Source of the DNA: Clostridia bacterium
GTDB taxonomy: Bacteria > Bacillota > Clostridia > Oscillospirales > CAG-272
Reading direction: 5' to 3'
Length of the DNA stretch: 64,000 nucleotides
Assembly (NCBI GenBank): GCA_017398585.1
Contig: JAFQFS010000176.1
Span: forward strand, 1,611-65,610
This document shows, piece after piece, positions 9,233 to 18,293 of this stretch. A program made the position numbers and the translations under genes. Each line of letters opens with the position of its first letter. Position 1 is the stretch's first letter. The notes beneath the pieces are model-generated. The model was given only the letters and a program-made list of their open reading frames with translations. It made no database searches and was not told the origin of the DNA.

Positions 9233-9943
9233 TTATTTCAGAATAATTTTTGAGTTTTCCACAAGAATATCATACTGCCGGTCGAATTCCGGGGTAAAAA
9301 CGGCATCTTCGGGAAATTCGCACGTAAATTTCGCGGGATCTTCCATGTTTGTGGCGAACATGTCGTAGTGATCCGGAATATTCAGACGCGCACCGATCTT
9401 CTTCGCTGTTGCGACTGCTTCGCCGACGTTCATGTTGCCCATACGGCCGTTGATGCAGATGCAGGTGATGTCGGGCTTGTACTGTGCGAGGTCAAACAGT
9501 TTTTCGTCGTACAGGGTGTCACCGCTGATGTAGAGACGTACACCGTCGGTCTCGAGAATCACGCCGAACGCTTCGCAGGTGTGGAGCGCATACACGATCC
9601 GTACGGAAAATGCGCCGACCTCAAACGTGTCCCCTTCGCGCACAGCGCGGTGATTGCGGCGTCCGAGACGGTCGAGCGTATCGCAGCCTTCGTATGTGGC
9701 AACGAAGAACGTGTCTTCGGGCATCCCGGGGACGGCGCCCGTGTCGAGATGATCGAGGTGGTCGTGCGTGCAGATGACCGCGTCGCTCTTTACGTCAGCG
9801 GGCGCGATCGGCACGGGACGCTGACGGGGACAGGTGCCGTTCCGGTTCACGGCATCGGAAAGGTAGGGGTCAACGAGGATTTCGGTGGTTTCCGCGTCAT
9901 CGCGGACGAGAAATCCGCCCTGACCGAGCCATCGGATTTTCAT
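9233..9943 (-). CDS. MBL-fold metallo-hydrolase
   Basis: THDHLDH metal-binding motif and a GGAGG SD. Confidence 0.8.
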   Translation of the reverse strand: MKIRWLGQGGFLVRDDAETTEILVDPYLSDAVNRNGTCPRQRPVPIAPADVKSDAVICTHDHLDHLDTGAVPGMPEDTFFVATYEGCDTLDRLGRRNHRAVREGDTFEVGAFSVRIVYALHTCEAFGVILETDGVRLYISGDTLYDEKLFDLAQYKPDITCICINGRMGNMNVGEAVATAKKIGARLNIPDHYDMFATNMEDPAKFTCEFPEDAVFTPEFDRQYDILVENSKIILK

Positions 9944-9976
9944 AGGGATACCTCCGTTTGATGAATTTTTATATAT

Positions 9977-10450
9977 TTATACCTGAACCCCGGAATTACG
10001 CCGCCGTCTTAACCGGACGAGATATTCCGTGGTTCCTTCTTCGAAGATTTTTTCATCGGTCACATGAAAACCGTGCCGTTCGTAAAACCGGATGCCGCGC
10101 ACGTTTTTCTCCAGTGCCCATAAAACGTCCGCGTGATGAACCTCGACGGCAAATTTCAGCAAAGCCGCGCCGATGCCGCGGTTCTGGAAGCAGGGATCAA
10201 CGAACAGCTTCGAGATTTCCGTCCCGTCGATGACGATCATCCCGCGCACTATGCCGTCGTCGTAGACGAACGTACGGTGCAGGAGATCGGAATCTGTACG
10301 GTATTTTTCCGCAATCGGGACGACCTGCAGCTCCCCGAAGGAATAGTCGTCGTTCTGGAAAATGGGGTAGAAATTGAGGCGGTTGTTGAATACGAGAATT
10401 TCGGCGATGCGGGAAACGTCGGATTCTCCGGCGGGACGGATGGGATTCAT
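9977..10450 (-). CDS. GNAT family N-acetyltransferase
   Basis: Acetyl-CoA binding motif QNRGIGAALL and an AAGGAG SD. Confidence 0.85.
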   Translation of the reverse strand: MNPIRPAGESDVSRIAEILVFNNRLNFYPIFQNDDYSFGELQVVPIAEKYRTDSDLLHRTFVYDDGIVRGMIVIDGTEISKLFVDPCFQNRGIGAALLKFAVEVHHADVLWALEKNVRGIRFYERHGFHVTDEKIFEEGTTEYLVRLRRRRNSGVQV

Positions 10451-10543
10451 GGGTGTTCTCCTTACAGCGGATGTATATTTCTATTATATTTTATTTTCCG
10501 GCGGAATGCAAGGGGAATTCTTTTTGATTTTCCGGAAAACCTA

Positions 10544-10589
10544 TTGACATTTTCGTAAATACTGTATATAATCAGTATATACAGTATTT
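10544..10589 (+). promoter_or_regulatory. Promoter (TTGACA-17-TATAAT) overlapped by a perfect 14-nt-arm palindromic operator
   Basis: -35 at 10544-10549 and -10 at 10567-10572. The palindrome is AAATACTGTATATA-ATCAG-TATATACAGTATTT (10557-10589). Confidence 0.75.
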
Positions 10590-10603
10590 ACAGAGGTGAT
10601 GAC

Positions 10604-10978
10604 GTGCATATACTGATCGACAACAAGAGCGGCGTACCGATTTACGAGCAGATTTATTCGCAGATCAAAAATCAGATCATCGGCGGAAGCCTGAAGGAGA
10701 ACGAAATGCTGCCGTCCATCCGCGGACTGGCGAAAGACCTCCGCATCAGCTTTATCACCACAAAGCGTGCGTACGAAGAACTGGAGAGGGAGGGATTTCT
10801 CTATACGCTTCCCGGAAAAGGCTGCTATGTGGCGCCGAAAAATGTGGAGCTGCTGCGGGAAGAAAATCTGAAAAAGATCGAAGAGCATATGGAAGAAATC
10901 GTCCGGCTCGCCGCATCCTGCAATCTGAGCAGAGAAGAAGTTATGGAAATGATGAATTTCAGTCTGGAGGAACTGTGA
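10604..10978 (+). CDS. GntR family (YtrA-subfamily-like) transcriptional regulator
   Basis: GTG start with an AGAGGTGA SD. Winged-HTH motif LPSIRGLAKDLRISFITTKRAYEELEREG. The short 124-aa length is typical of YtrA. Confidence 0.85.
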   Translation: MHILIDNKSGVPIYEQIYSQIKNQIIGGSLKENEMLPSIRGLAKDLRISFITTKRAYEELEREGFLYTLPGKGCYVAPKNVELLREENLKKIEEHMEEIVRLAASCNLSREEVMEMMNFSLEEL

Positions 10979-11820
10979 TGAACGCACTGGAAATCAGAAA
11001 TCTGACGAAATCCTATCCCGATTTCACGCTGGACAACCTGAATCTGACGCTTCCCGGCGGCTGTATTCTGGGGCTGATCGGCGAAAACGGCGCGGGAAAA
11101 AGTACCACGATCAAGCTCATCCTTGATATGATCCGGAAAGACAGCGGAACAATCACGATCCTCGGACGGGACAACGCAGAGTATGACAAGCGGATCAAAG
11201 AGGAAGTCGGAGTGGTGCTGGACGAAGCGGGGATCCCCGAATGTCTGACGGTCGCGCAGGTCGGACGGGTGATGAAGCACACGTTCCGGAACTGGGACGA
11301 GGCGGAGTATTCCCGCCTGATCCGAAAACTGGGACTGCCGGACAAAAAGCCGTTTAAGGATTTCTCGCGCGGCATGAAAATGAAGCTGGCAATCGCCGTC
11401 GCGATGTCCCATCACAGCCGCCTGCTGATCCTTGACGAAGCGACGTCGGGACTTGATCCGGTGGTGCGGGATGAAGTGGTGGAAATGTTCAGCGAGTTCA
11501 CGCGGGACGAGAACCACTCCGTCCTGATTTCCTCCCATATCGTCAGTGATCTCGAAAAATTGTGTGACTATGTGGCGTTCCTTCACAAAGGAAAGCTGAT
11601 GCTCTGCGAGGAAAAAGACCGTCTGCTCGAAGAATACGGTCTGCTCCACTGTACGGCAGAGGAACTGAAGCAGCTCCCGGCAGAGGCTGTCCGGTATATA
11701 AAAGAAAATCCCTACGGCGCGGAAGCAATGGTGCGGAGAAGCGCGGTTCCGGACGGGCTTCACGTCAGCCCCATCAGCATTGAAGAACTCTTTGTATTTA
11801 TGGTAAAGGAGGCGCGGTAG
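10978..11820 (+). CDS. ABC transporter ATP-binding protein
   Basis: Walker A GENGAGKST, a signature-like FSRGMK and Walker B LLILDE. The start overlaps the GntR stop (GTGATGA). Confidence 0.9.
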   Translation: MNALEIRNLTKSYPDFTLDNLNLTLPGGCILGLIGENGAGKSTTIKLILDMIRKDSGTITILGRDNAEYDKRIKEEVGVVLDEAGIPECLTVAQVGRVMKHTFRNWDEAEYSRLIRKLGLPDKKPFKDFSRGMKMKLAIAVAMSHHSRLLILDEATSGLDPVVRDEVVEMFSEFTRDENHSVLISSHIVSDLEKLCDYVAFLHKGKLMLCEEKDRLLEEYGLLHCTAEELKQLPAEAVRYIKENPYGAEAMVRRSAVPDGLHVSPISIEELFVFMVKEAR

Positions 11821-11957
11821 TGTGAAAATACAGCCAACCAAATCGGAGGTGAAGCTGTTTCACACCCCGAAAATTTCTTTGCAAATGGAACCAACCATTT
11901 GCAATCGCCTTCGGCGACCGAAATTTTCCAAAGTAATTTCTGCTGCTTCGCAGCATG
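11820..11957 (+). other. Intra-operon spacer with four consecutive stem-loops
   Basis: GTGTGAAA..TTTCACAC; TTGCAAATGG-AACCAA-CCATTTGCAA; TCGCC-TTCG-GCGA; TGCTG-CTTCG-CAGCA. Confidence 0.4.
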
Positions 11958-11966
11958 GGAGGTAAT

Positions 11967-12593
11967 ATGAAAGGACTTCTGCTCAAGGACTGGTACATGA
12001 TGCGGAAATACTGCCGGTACTATCTGGTTCTTGCGATTGGTTTTCTTATTCTTTCGTTTATGGATAAAAGCAACATGTTCTTTGTCTTCTATCCCTGTCT
12101 GTTCTGCGGCATGGTTCCGGTGAATCTTCTCGCGTACGATGAACGGAGCCGCTGGCTGCAGTACAGCGGAACACTGCCGTACACCAGAGCGCAGATCGTT
12201 TCCGGGAAGTATCTGATCGGACTGTTCACCCAGACGGTGATGCTGTTTCTGACGGGAATCGCGCAGGGAATCCGGATGGGGATGGACAGCGGGTATCAGA
12301 GCACGGATGTCCTTGTGATCCTGCTCCTTCTGCTGATCGCGTCAACCGTTACCTCTTCGGTCACGCTGCCGTTTATGTTCAAACTCGGCGTGGAGCGGGG
12401 ACGTGCCGCGTATTATGTGATGATCGGACTGATTTGCGGCATCAGCACTCTGATGACCGGATTGTTCCGGGAACCGCTCCGTATGGAGATCCGGCCGAAT
12501 CTGCTTCTGGTACTTCTGGCTGTGGCCGGTGTGGGGATATACGCGCTGTCGTGGCATCTGTCGATCGTTTTCTACCGGAAACGGGAGTTGTAA
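11967..12593 (+). CDS. ABC-2 type transporter permease
   Basis: ATG 11967 follows a GGGAGG SD. The product is a multi-TM hydrophobic protein downstream of the ATPase. Confidence 0.75.
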   Translation: MKGLLLKDWYMMRKYCRYYLVLAIGFLILSFMDKSNMFFVFYPCLFCGMVPVNLLAYDERSRWLQYSGTLPYTRAQIVSGKYLIGLFTQTVMLFLTGIAQGIRMGMDSGYQSTDVLVILLLLLIASTVTSSVTLPFMFKLGVERGRAAYYVMIGLICGISTLMTGLFREPLRMEIRPNLLLVLLAVAGVGIYALSWHLSIVFYRKREL

Positions 12594-12620
12594 TTTCGGG
12601 ATTTTTATGATATCATGTTT

Positions 12621-12649
12621 CACAGGGACACGGCTGCCGTGTCCCTGTG
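12621..12649 (+). other. Strong 13-bp stem-loop without U-tract
   Basis: CACAGGGACACGG-CTG-CCGTGTCCCTGTG, between the permease and the phosphatase gene. Confidence 0.5.
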
Positions 12650-12671
12650 ACCATATCACGGAGGAATATTT

Positions 12672-13136
12672 ATGACAAACATCTTATTCGTCTGCCACGG
12701 CAACATCTGCCGCAGTCCGATGGCAGAGTTTATTTTTAAATCCATGCTGGAGGAGCGCAGGCTTTCGAATGCCTTCACCGTCCGCTCTGCCGCGACGAGT
12801 ACGGAGGAGATCTGTAACGGACGCGGCAATCCCGTCTATCCTCCGGCGGTGCGTGAACTTGCGAAGCACGGCATCTCATGCGCCGGCAAGCATGCCGTTC
12901 AGCTGCAGAAAAGCGACTACGCGAAGTACGATCTGCTCATCGGCATGGACAGTGCGAACATCCGCAATATGCACCGGATGCTGGGCGGAGACCCGGACGG
13001 GAAGATCCGCAAACTCATGGATTACACCGACCGTCCCGGCGACGTTGCCGATCCGTGGTACAGCGACCGCTTCGATATTGCCTATCGTGACATTTACGAC
13101 GGATGCGCGGCACTGCTCAAAAATCTGACGGAATAA
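12672..13136 (+). CDS. Low-molecular-weight protein-tyrosine phosphatase
   Basis: CX5R(S) active-site motif VCHGNICRSP near the N-terminus and a DP loop near the C-terminus. GGAGGA SD. Confidence 0.9.
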   Translation: MTNILFVCHGNICRSPMAEFIFKSMLEERRLSNAFTVRSAATSTEEICNGRGNPVYPPAVRELAKHGISCAGKHAVQLQKSDYAKYDLLIGMDSANIRNMHRMLGGDPDGKIRKLMDYTDRPGDVADPWYSDRFDIAYRDIYDGCAALLKNLTE

Positions 13137-13157
13137 CTGATATCCGGACAAAATGTC

Positions 13158-13186
13158 TTGACATTTTTTGCATAATACGATACAAT
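13158..13186 (+). promoter_or_regulatory. Sigma-A type promoter (TTGACA-17-TACAAT)
   Basis: -35 at 13158-13163 and -10 at 13181-13186. Confidence 0.6.
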
Positions 13187-13235
13187 AATAAAAGAATTGC
13201 GATTGGATTTAAAAATTACGGAAAGGACGAAACCT

Positions 13236-14261
13236 ATGAATCTTTATCGTCTTCCCGACAGAGAAACGTTCGGTTTTTCCGCTGAAAATCTCACCGGTAC
13301 CAGAAACGGCGGTACCCGCGGCGGAGACTGTGAAAAGCTGAACGCGTTCCTCCGCATTCCGTCCGGCGAGACCGTGACGCTTGCTGACACAGACGGTCCC
13401 GGTATGATCACGCACATGTGGTTCACCGGGTATATCGGACATTCGTTCGTCCTGCGCATGTACTGGGACAACGAGGAGTTTCCGTCGGTCGAAGCGCCGG
13501 TTTCTGCGTTCTTCGGCAGTGCGTACGACGAAAACTTCAAGGACATCAACGGCAATTACACCGTTCTGAATTCCGCGATGATCCTCGTCGCGCCCGGCCG
13601 CGGCTATAACAGCTATTTCGAAATGCCGTTCCGGAAACACTGCCGCATTACCATGGAAAACCGCGGCGCGAACACCGAAACGCTCTATTATATGATCTCC
13701 GGCTGGCACGGTGAAGTCGAACCCGATGCGGGGTGCTTCCATGCTGTCTATCGTCAGGAACATCCGGTGCAGAAGGGACGCTCGTACACGGTAGTGGACG
13801 GGATACGGGGACGCGGCGCGTTCGTCGGGCTGACCCTTGCCGCCGGTATGAACGGGCACAACACCTGCTGGGTCGAGGGTGAAGCGAAGATGTATATTGA
13901 CGGCGACACCTACCCCACGATGAACTACACCGGCACCGAGGACTATTTCTGCGGCTCCTACGCGTTCGGGAACGACATCATCCTGAACAAGTATCAGATG
14001 TTTTCCGGGCTGTACGCGGGGCTTTACGCCATCATCGGCGATACGTCCGAGATGTACAACCATCAGAAGCGGTTCCTTCTCTACCGCTGGCACGTCAAGG
14101 ATCCCGTTTATTTCAAGGAAAGCTTCACGATGAAGCTCGACAACCTTGGCTGGACGGGCCCCCGTTACGACGACTACACGACAGTGGCATATTATTACCT
14201 CGACAAACCGTCTTCGCTGCCGCACGAACTGCCGTGTGACCGCGAACTGATTATGAAATAA
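13236..14261 (+). CDS. DUF2961 / glycoside hydrolase family 172-like protein
   Basis: Starts at MNLYRLP with an AAGGA SD. The GTEDYF-type motif and overall pattern recall DUF2961. The family call is from memory. Confidence 0.6.
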   Translation: MNLYRLPDRETFGFSAENLTGTRNGGTRGGDCEKLNAFLRIPSGETVTLADTDGPGMITHMWFTGYIGHSFVLRMYWDNEEFPSVEAPVSAFFGSAYDENFKDINGNYTVLNSAMILVAPGRGYNSYFEMPFRKHCRITMENRGANTETLYYMISGWHGEVEPDAGCFHAVYRQEHPVQKGRSYTVVDGIRGRGAFVGLTLAAGMNGHNTCWVEGEAKMYIDGDTYPTMNYTGTEDYFCGSYAFGNDIILNKYQMFSGLYAGLYAIIGDTSEMYNHQKRFLLYRWHVKDPVYFKESFTMKLDNLGWTGPRYDDYTTVAYYYLDKPSSLPHELPCDRELIMK

Positions 14262-14286
14262 AAATTTTATATACAGGAGAATCGTT

Positions 14287-17200
14287 ATGACGACACCCGA
14301 AAAGAAGAAAAAACTTTACACCGTCGCCAATGCCCATCTGGACACCCAGTGGAACTGGACCATCCAGGATACCATCCGCGACTGTGTGAAGAACACCCTC
14401 GAGAGGAACTTTGCCCTGTTTGAAAAGTATCCGAACTACCGGATGAACTTCGAAGGCGCGTTCCGCTACAAGCTCGCGAAGGAATACTACCCCGACCTTT
14501 ACGAAAAGCTCAAGGGCTACATCGCGGAAGGCCGCTGGAACGTCGCAGGCTCCACATGGGATGCCATGGATGCCAATGTACCGTCCTCCGAAGCCCTGAT
14601 GCGTCAGGTCCTCTACGGAAACGGCTTCTTCGAAAAGGAATTCGGCAAGAAGAGCACCGACATCTTCCTCGCAGACTGCTTCGGCTTCAACTACGCTCTC
14701 CCGTCCGTGGAAGCGCACATGGGTCTGAACGGCTTCCATACCCAGAAGCTCGTATGGGGTGTCGGCAGCCCGATCTATGAAGAAGACGGCACCGTTTCCA
14801 AGCCGATGCCCGTCCGCGGCAAGCCCCGCATGGACCTTGGCCGCTGGATCGGTCCCGACGGCAACGGCGTTGCTGCCTCCTTCCTCGAAGGCGACTACAC
14901 CTACAACTTCGACCGGAACAACGACGAACGTCCGGTTGGTCAGCGCGAAGAATTCCTGAAGGCGATCGACCACAACGAAAAGTTCACCGGTCATGCTGTC
15001 CGCTCCATGTACTACGGTACCGGCGACTACGGCGGATCCTGCAAGGAAATCTCCGCAAAGATGGTCAGCGAAGCCGTTGACGCAAACGGCGATCCGAATG
15101 CGCTCTACGAAGTTGTTTCCGCTTCCACCGACCAGATCTTCAACGAACTCACCGAAGAAGAACGTGCGGCTCTTCCGACCTACGACGGCGAACTCCTCAT
15201 CCCGCACGGTTCCGGTGCACTGACCTCCCACACCATCAACAAGAGATGGAACCGCAAAAACGAACTTCTCGGTGACTCCGCAGAACGTGCATCCATCATC
15301 GCAAGCTGGCTGGGTGCTGCCGAATATCCGGCAGACCGCCTTCTCACTGCATGGCAGACTTTCCTGTGGCATCAGTTCCACGACGACCTCCCGGGTACCT
15401 CCATCGCGGCGGCGTATGTTTTCACTTACAATGACTACGTGATCGCCCTCAATATGTTCGCGGCAGAACTCGCAAACGCGGTCGGCGGCATCACCCGCAC
15501 CCTCGACACGGGCGTCGAAGGTACTCCCGTTGTCGTTTACAACCCCGTTTCCTGCGAACGCAATGACGTTGTGACCGCAGAACTCGACATTAAGACCCCG
15601 TACGTTCGCGTATTCGACGGTCTCGGAAACGAAGTTCCCGCACAGCTCTCCACTGTAAACGGCAAGAAGGTTGTCAAGTTTATCGCGAAGACCGCTCCCG
15701 TAAGCTGCACCGTATACGACGTCCGTGAAAGCGACGTTCCCTGCGCACTGGCTTCCAACATTTCCGTAAACGGCAAGGTTCTCGAAAACCAGCGCTATAT
15801 CGTTACCGTCGATGACAACGGCGACATCGCAAGCGTCATCGACAAGGCGAACGACAATTTCGAACTCTTCAAGGCTCCCGCACAGTACGAAATCGGTCCC
15901 GACACCAGCGCAAACTGGCCGTCCTGGGAACTCGTCTGGACGGATTCCCTCGAAACTCCCGCGATCGTCGGCGGCACGCCCGAAATCGAGATCGTGGAAA
16001 ACGGCCCCGCCGTTGTATCGCTCAAGGTAAAGCGTACCTTCGAAGGCTCCACATTCGAACAGATCATCTCCCTCTGGGACGGCGGTCAGCGCGTGGACGT
16101 TGCGAATGTGGTTGACTGGTATCAGAGAAAGTCCAACCTCCGTGCGGCATTCCACATGAACGTCTCCAACCCGAAGGCGACCTTCGACCTCGGTCTCGGT
16201 GCGATCGAATCCGGCAATACCGACAGCTTCCCCTACTATCAGCACGTTGCTCACCAGTGGGCGGATCTCACCGCGGAAGACGGCTCCTACGGTGTTTCCA
16301 TCCTCAATGACTGTAAGTACGGTATGGACAAGCCGACCGACGATACTCTCCGGCTCACCCTTATCCATACGCCTGCGTATCCTTTCTCCCAGCAGTCCGG
16401 TCAGGACTGGCAGGACATGGGCCTGAATATCTTCACCTACTCCATCGTCGGTCATAAGGGCTTCCGCGACGACACCGCAAAGGAAGCTGCCGAACTCAAC
16501 CAGCCCATGGTTCCGTTTACCGCTCCGAAGCACGACGGTGCGGGCAAGGCGATCTCCTTCGTTTCCGTGAGCGATGAACACGTCATCGTCCGCTGCGTGA
16601 AGAAGGAAGAAAAGGGCGACCGCATCATCGTCCGTGTACAGGAAACCTCCGGCAAGGGTGCAGAAAACGTCAAGATCAAGTTTGCGGCAGACCTCGTTTC
16701 CGCTGTTGAAACCAACGGTTACGAAGACGAACTCGGCGCGGCATGCTATGCAGCAGACGAAATCACCTGCACGCTCACTCCCTATGCGGTCAAGACCTTC
16801 GCCGTTACCCTCGCGTGCGGCAAGAAGACCGCGATGGCAGACCAGAAGCCCGTCGCACTCCCGTACAACAAACGCGTGACCACCTGCAACTGCGACCGCA
16901 CCGCAGGCGAATTCGCGGACGGCATCTCCATCCCGACCGAACTCTATAACGAAACCGTGGTTTCCGGCGGCATCAAGTTCAATCTCGCTCCCGCATGCGG
17001 CGACAACGCAGTTGTTTCCGCAGGTCAGCAGATCGACGTTCCCGCTGGATGCGACCGTCTCTACCTCCTCGCGGCATCCGCAAACGGCGACAAGACCGCA
17101 ACGTTCCTTGTAGATGGCAAGCCCGTTGAACTCGGCGTACAGGACTACAAGGCAAACGTCGGTTCCTGGACGATGATGGTCAACGGCGCACCGTGCCTCA

Positions 17201-18072
17201 TCAAGCGTGACGAAATCGCTGTCAACTACACGCATACCCACAACGCGGACGGCGACCGTCTCTACCTGTTCGCATACCTCTTCAAGTACACCCTTGACGT
17301 CACCGGGGCGAAGACCGTGACCCTCCCGGACGACGCGGACATCATTGTCATGGCGGCAACCGGCGCGAACGCAGCGAACGACCTCGCCGTTCCCGCAGCT
17401 CCGCTGTACGACAAGGTGGAAACCACCAACGCCGAACTGCGTACCATCACCGTTTACGACTGGGACGGCAATGTTGTGGACACCCTCACCGAATACGAAG
17501 GCAAGGTTGCGCTCGTACGTACCGAAAGCTACAAGGACGGCTATGTCTTCACCGGCTGGGAATGCGATGACATCGCGGCAACCTACGACAACGCGGCGAT
17601 CGTCCGTGTACCGGATCACGACGTTGTTGTGAAGATCAAGGCGGACAAGCTCGGCGACGACGTTCTTCTGAACAAGCCCTGCAAGGCAAGTGCGGAATTC
17701 AACGAACGTGAAGTCGGCGCGAATGCCCTCAACGGCAACGACACCACCAAGTGGTGCGCACACTCCGACGACGGTACACACTGGCTCGAAGTTGACGCCG
17801 GTGAAGTCGTGAAGGTCGGCAAGTGGATGACCATGCATGCGGGCGCACAGGAATCCGCCGGCTGGAACACCCGTGAATTCCGTCTGGAATACAAGGTGAA
17901 CGAAGCCGATGAATGGACGGTTGCGGACGAAGTGAAGGACAACGAAGAAACCATCACCCTCCGCGAAATCGCTCCGATCGAAGCGAGATACTTCCGTCTG
18001 TTTGTTACCAAGGCAACGCAGGGAAGAGATGCGACCGTAAGAATCTACATGTTCCAGGTTTATAAGGCATAA
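14287..18072 (+). CDS. GH38 alpha-mannosidase with C-terminal F5/8 type C (discoidin/CBM32-like) domain
   Basis: 1261-aa ORF. N-terminal NAHLDTQWNW, a central ..HGSGALTSH..NKRWNRKNE pattern typical of GH38, and a C-terminal NGNDTTKWC..WLEVD..FRLEY discoidin-like segment. Confidence 0.8.
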   Translation: MTTPEKKKKLYTVANAHLDTQWNWTIQDTIRDCVKNTLERNFALFEKYPNYRMNFEGAFRYKLAKEYYPDLYEKLKGYIAEGRWNVAGSTWDAMDANVPSSEALMRQVLYGNGFFEKEFGKKSTDIFLADCFGFNYALPSVEAHMGLNGFHTQKLVWGVGSPIYEEDGTVSKPMPVRGKPRMDLGRWIGPDGNGVAASFLEGDYTYNFDRNNDERPVGQREEFLKAIDHNEKFTGHAVRSMYYGTGDYGGSCKEISAKMVSEAVDANGDPNALYEVVSASTDQIFNELTEEERAALPTYDGELLIPHGSGALTSHTINKRWNRKNELLGDSAERASIIASWLGAAEYPADRLLTAWQTFLWHQFHDDLPGTSIAAAYVFTYNDYVIALNMFAAELANAVGGITRTLDTGVEGTPVVVYNPVSCERNDVVTAELDIKTPYVRVFDGLGNEVPAQLSTVNGKKVVKFIAKTAPVSCTVYDVRESDVPCALASNISVNGKVLENQRYIVTVDDNGDIASVIDKANDNFELFKAPAQYEIGPDTSANWPSWELVWTDSLETPAIVGGTPEIEIVENGPAVVSLKVKRTFEGSTFEQIISLWDGGQRVDVANVVDWYQRKSNLRAAFHMNVSNPKATFDLGLGAIESGNTDSFPYYQHVAHQWADLTAEDGSYGVSILNDCKYGMDKPTDDTLRLTLIHTPAYPFSQQSGQDWQDMGLNIFTYSIVGHKGFRDDTAKEAAELNQPMVPFTAPKHDGAGKAISFVSVSDEHVIVRCVKKEEKGDRIIVRVQETSGKGAENVKIKFAADLVSAVETNGYEDELGAACYAADEITCTLTPYAVKTFAVTLACGKKTAMADQKPVALPYNKRVTTCNCDRTAGEFADGISIPTELYNETVVSGGIKFNLAPACGDNAVVSAGQQIDVPAGCDRLYLLAASANGDKTATFLVDGKPVELGVQDYKANVGSWTMMVNGAPCLIKRDEIAVNYTHTHNADGDRLYLFAYLFKYTLDVTGAKTVTLPDDADIIVMAATGANAANDLAVPAAPLYDKVETTNAELRTITVYDWDGNVVDTLTEYEGKVALVRTESYKDGYVFTGWECDDIAATYDNAAIVRVPDHDVVVKIKADKLGDDVLLNKPCKASAEFNEREVGANALNGNDTTKWCAHSDDGTHWLEVDAGEVVKVGKWMTMHAGAQESAGWNTREFRLEYKVNEADEWTVADEVKDNEETITLREIAPIEARYFRLFVTKATQGRDATVRIYMFQVYKA

Positions 18073-18076
18073 AAAT

Positions 18077-18291
18077 TCTCGGGGAGAAACTTTTTGAAAA
18101 AAGTTTCTCCCCCTGAGACTTCCAAAGGAAGTCTCGTCCCCACCTCAAAAACTTTAAAACAAATGAAAAGACAAAGCATGTGCAGATTTATCATTGCAAT
18201 TAATTCGCACACACTTTGTCTTTCTTTTTGTCTGAAGTTTTTTGAAAGGGGGTCGGGGAAAACATTTTAGAAAAAAATTTTTCCCCGAGAA
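18077..18291. repeat. Composite palindromic element filling a convergent-gene junction
   Basis: B unit with an extra GAGACTT..AAGTCTC hairpin (18077-18158), an inner inverted repeat GACAAAGCATGTGC..GCACACACTTTGTC, and an A unit (18234-18291). Confidence 0.85.
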
Positions 18292-18293
18292 TT

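Noticed and set aside
14251-17838. 1195-aa ORF on the minus strand
   Set aside because: It is fully antisense to the GH38 alpha-mannosidase gene. It has no SD and its composition (V/G/A/D/R-rich, no recognisable motifs) is typical of a GC-driven shadow frame.
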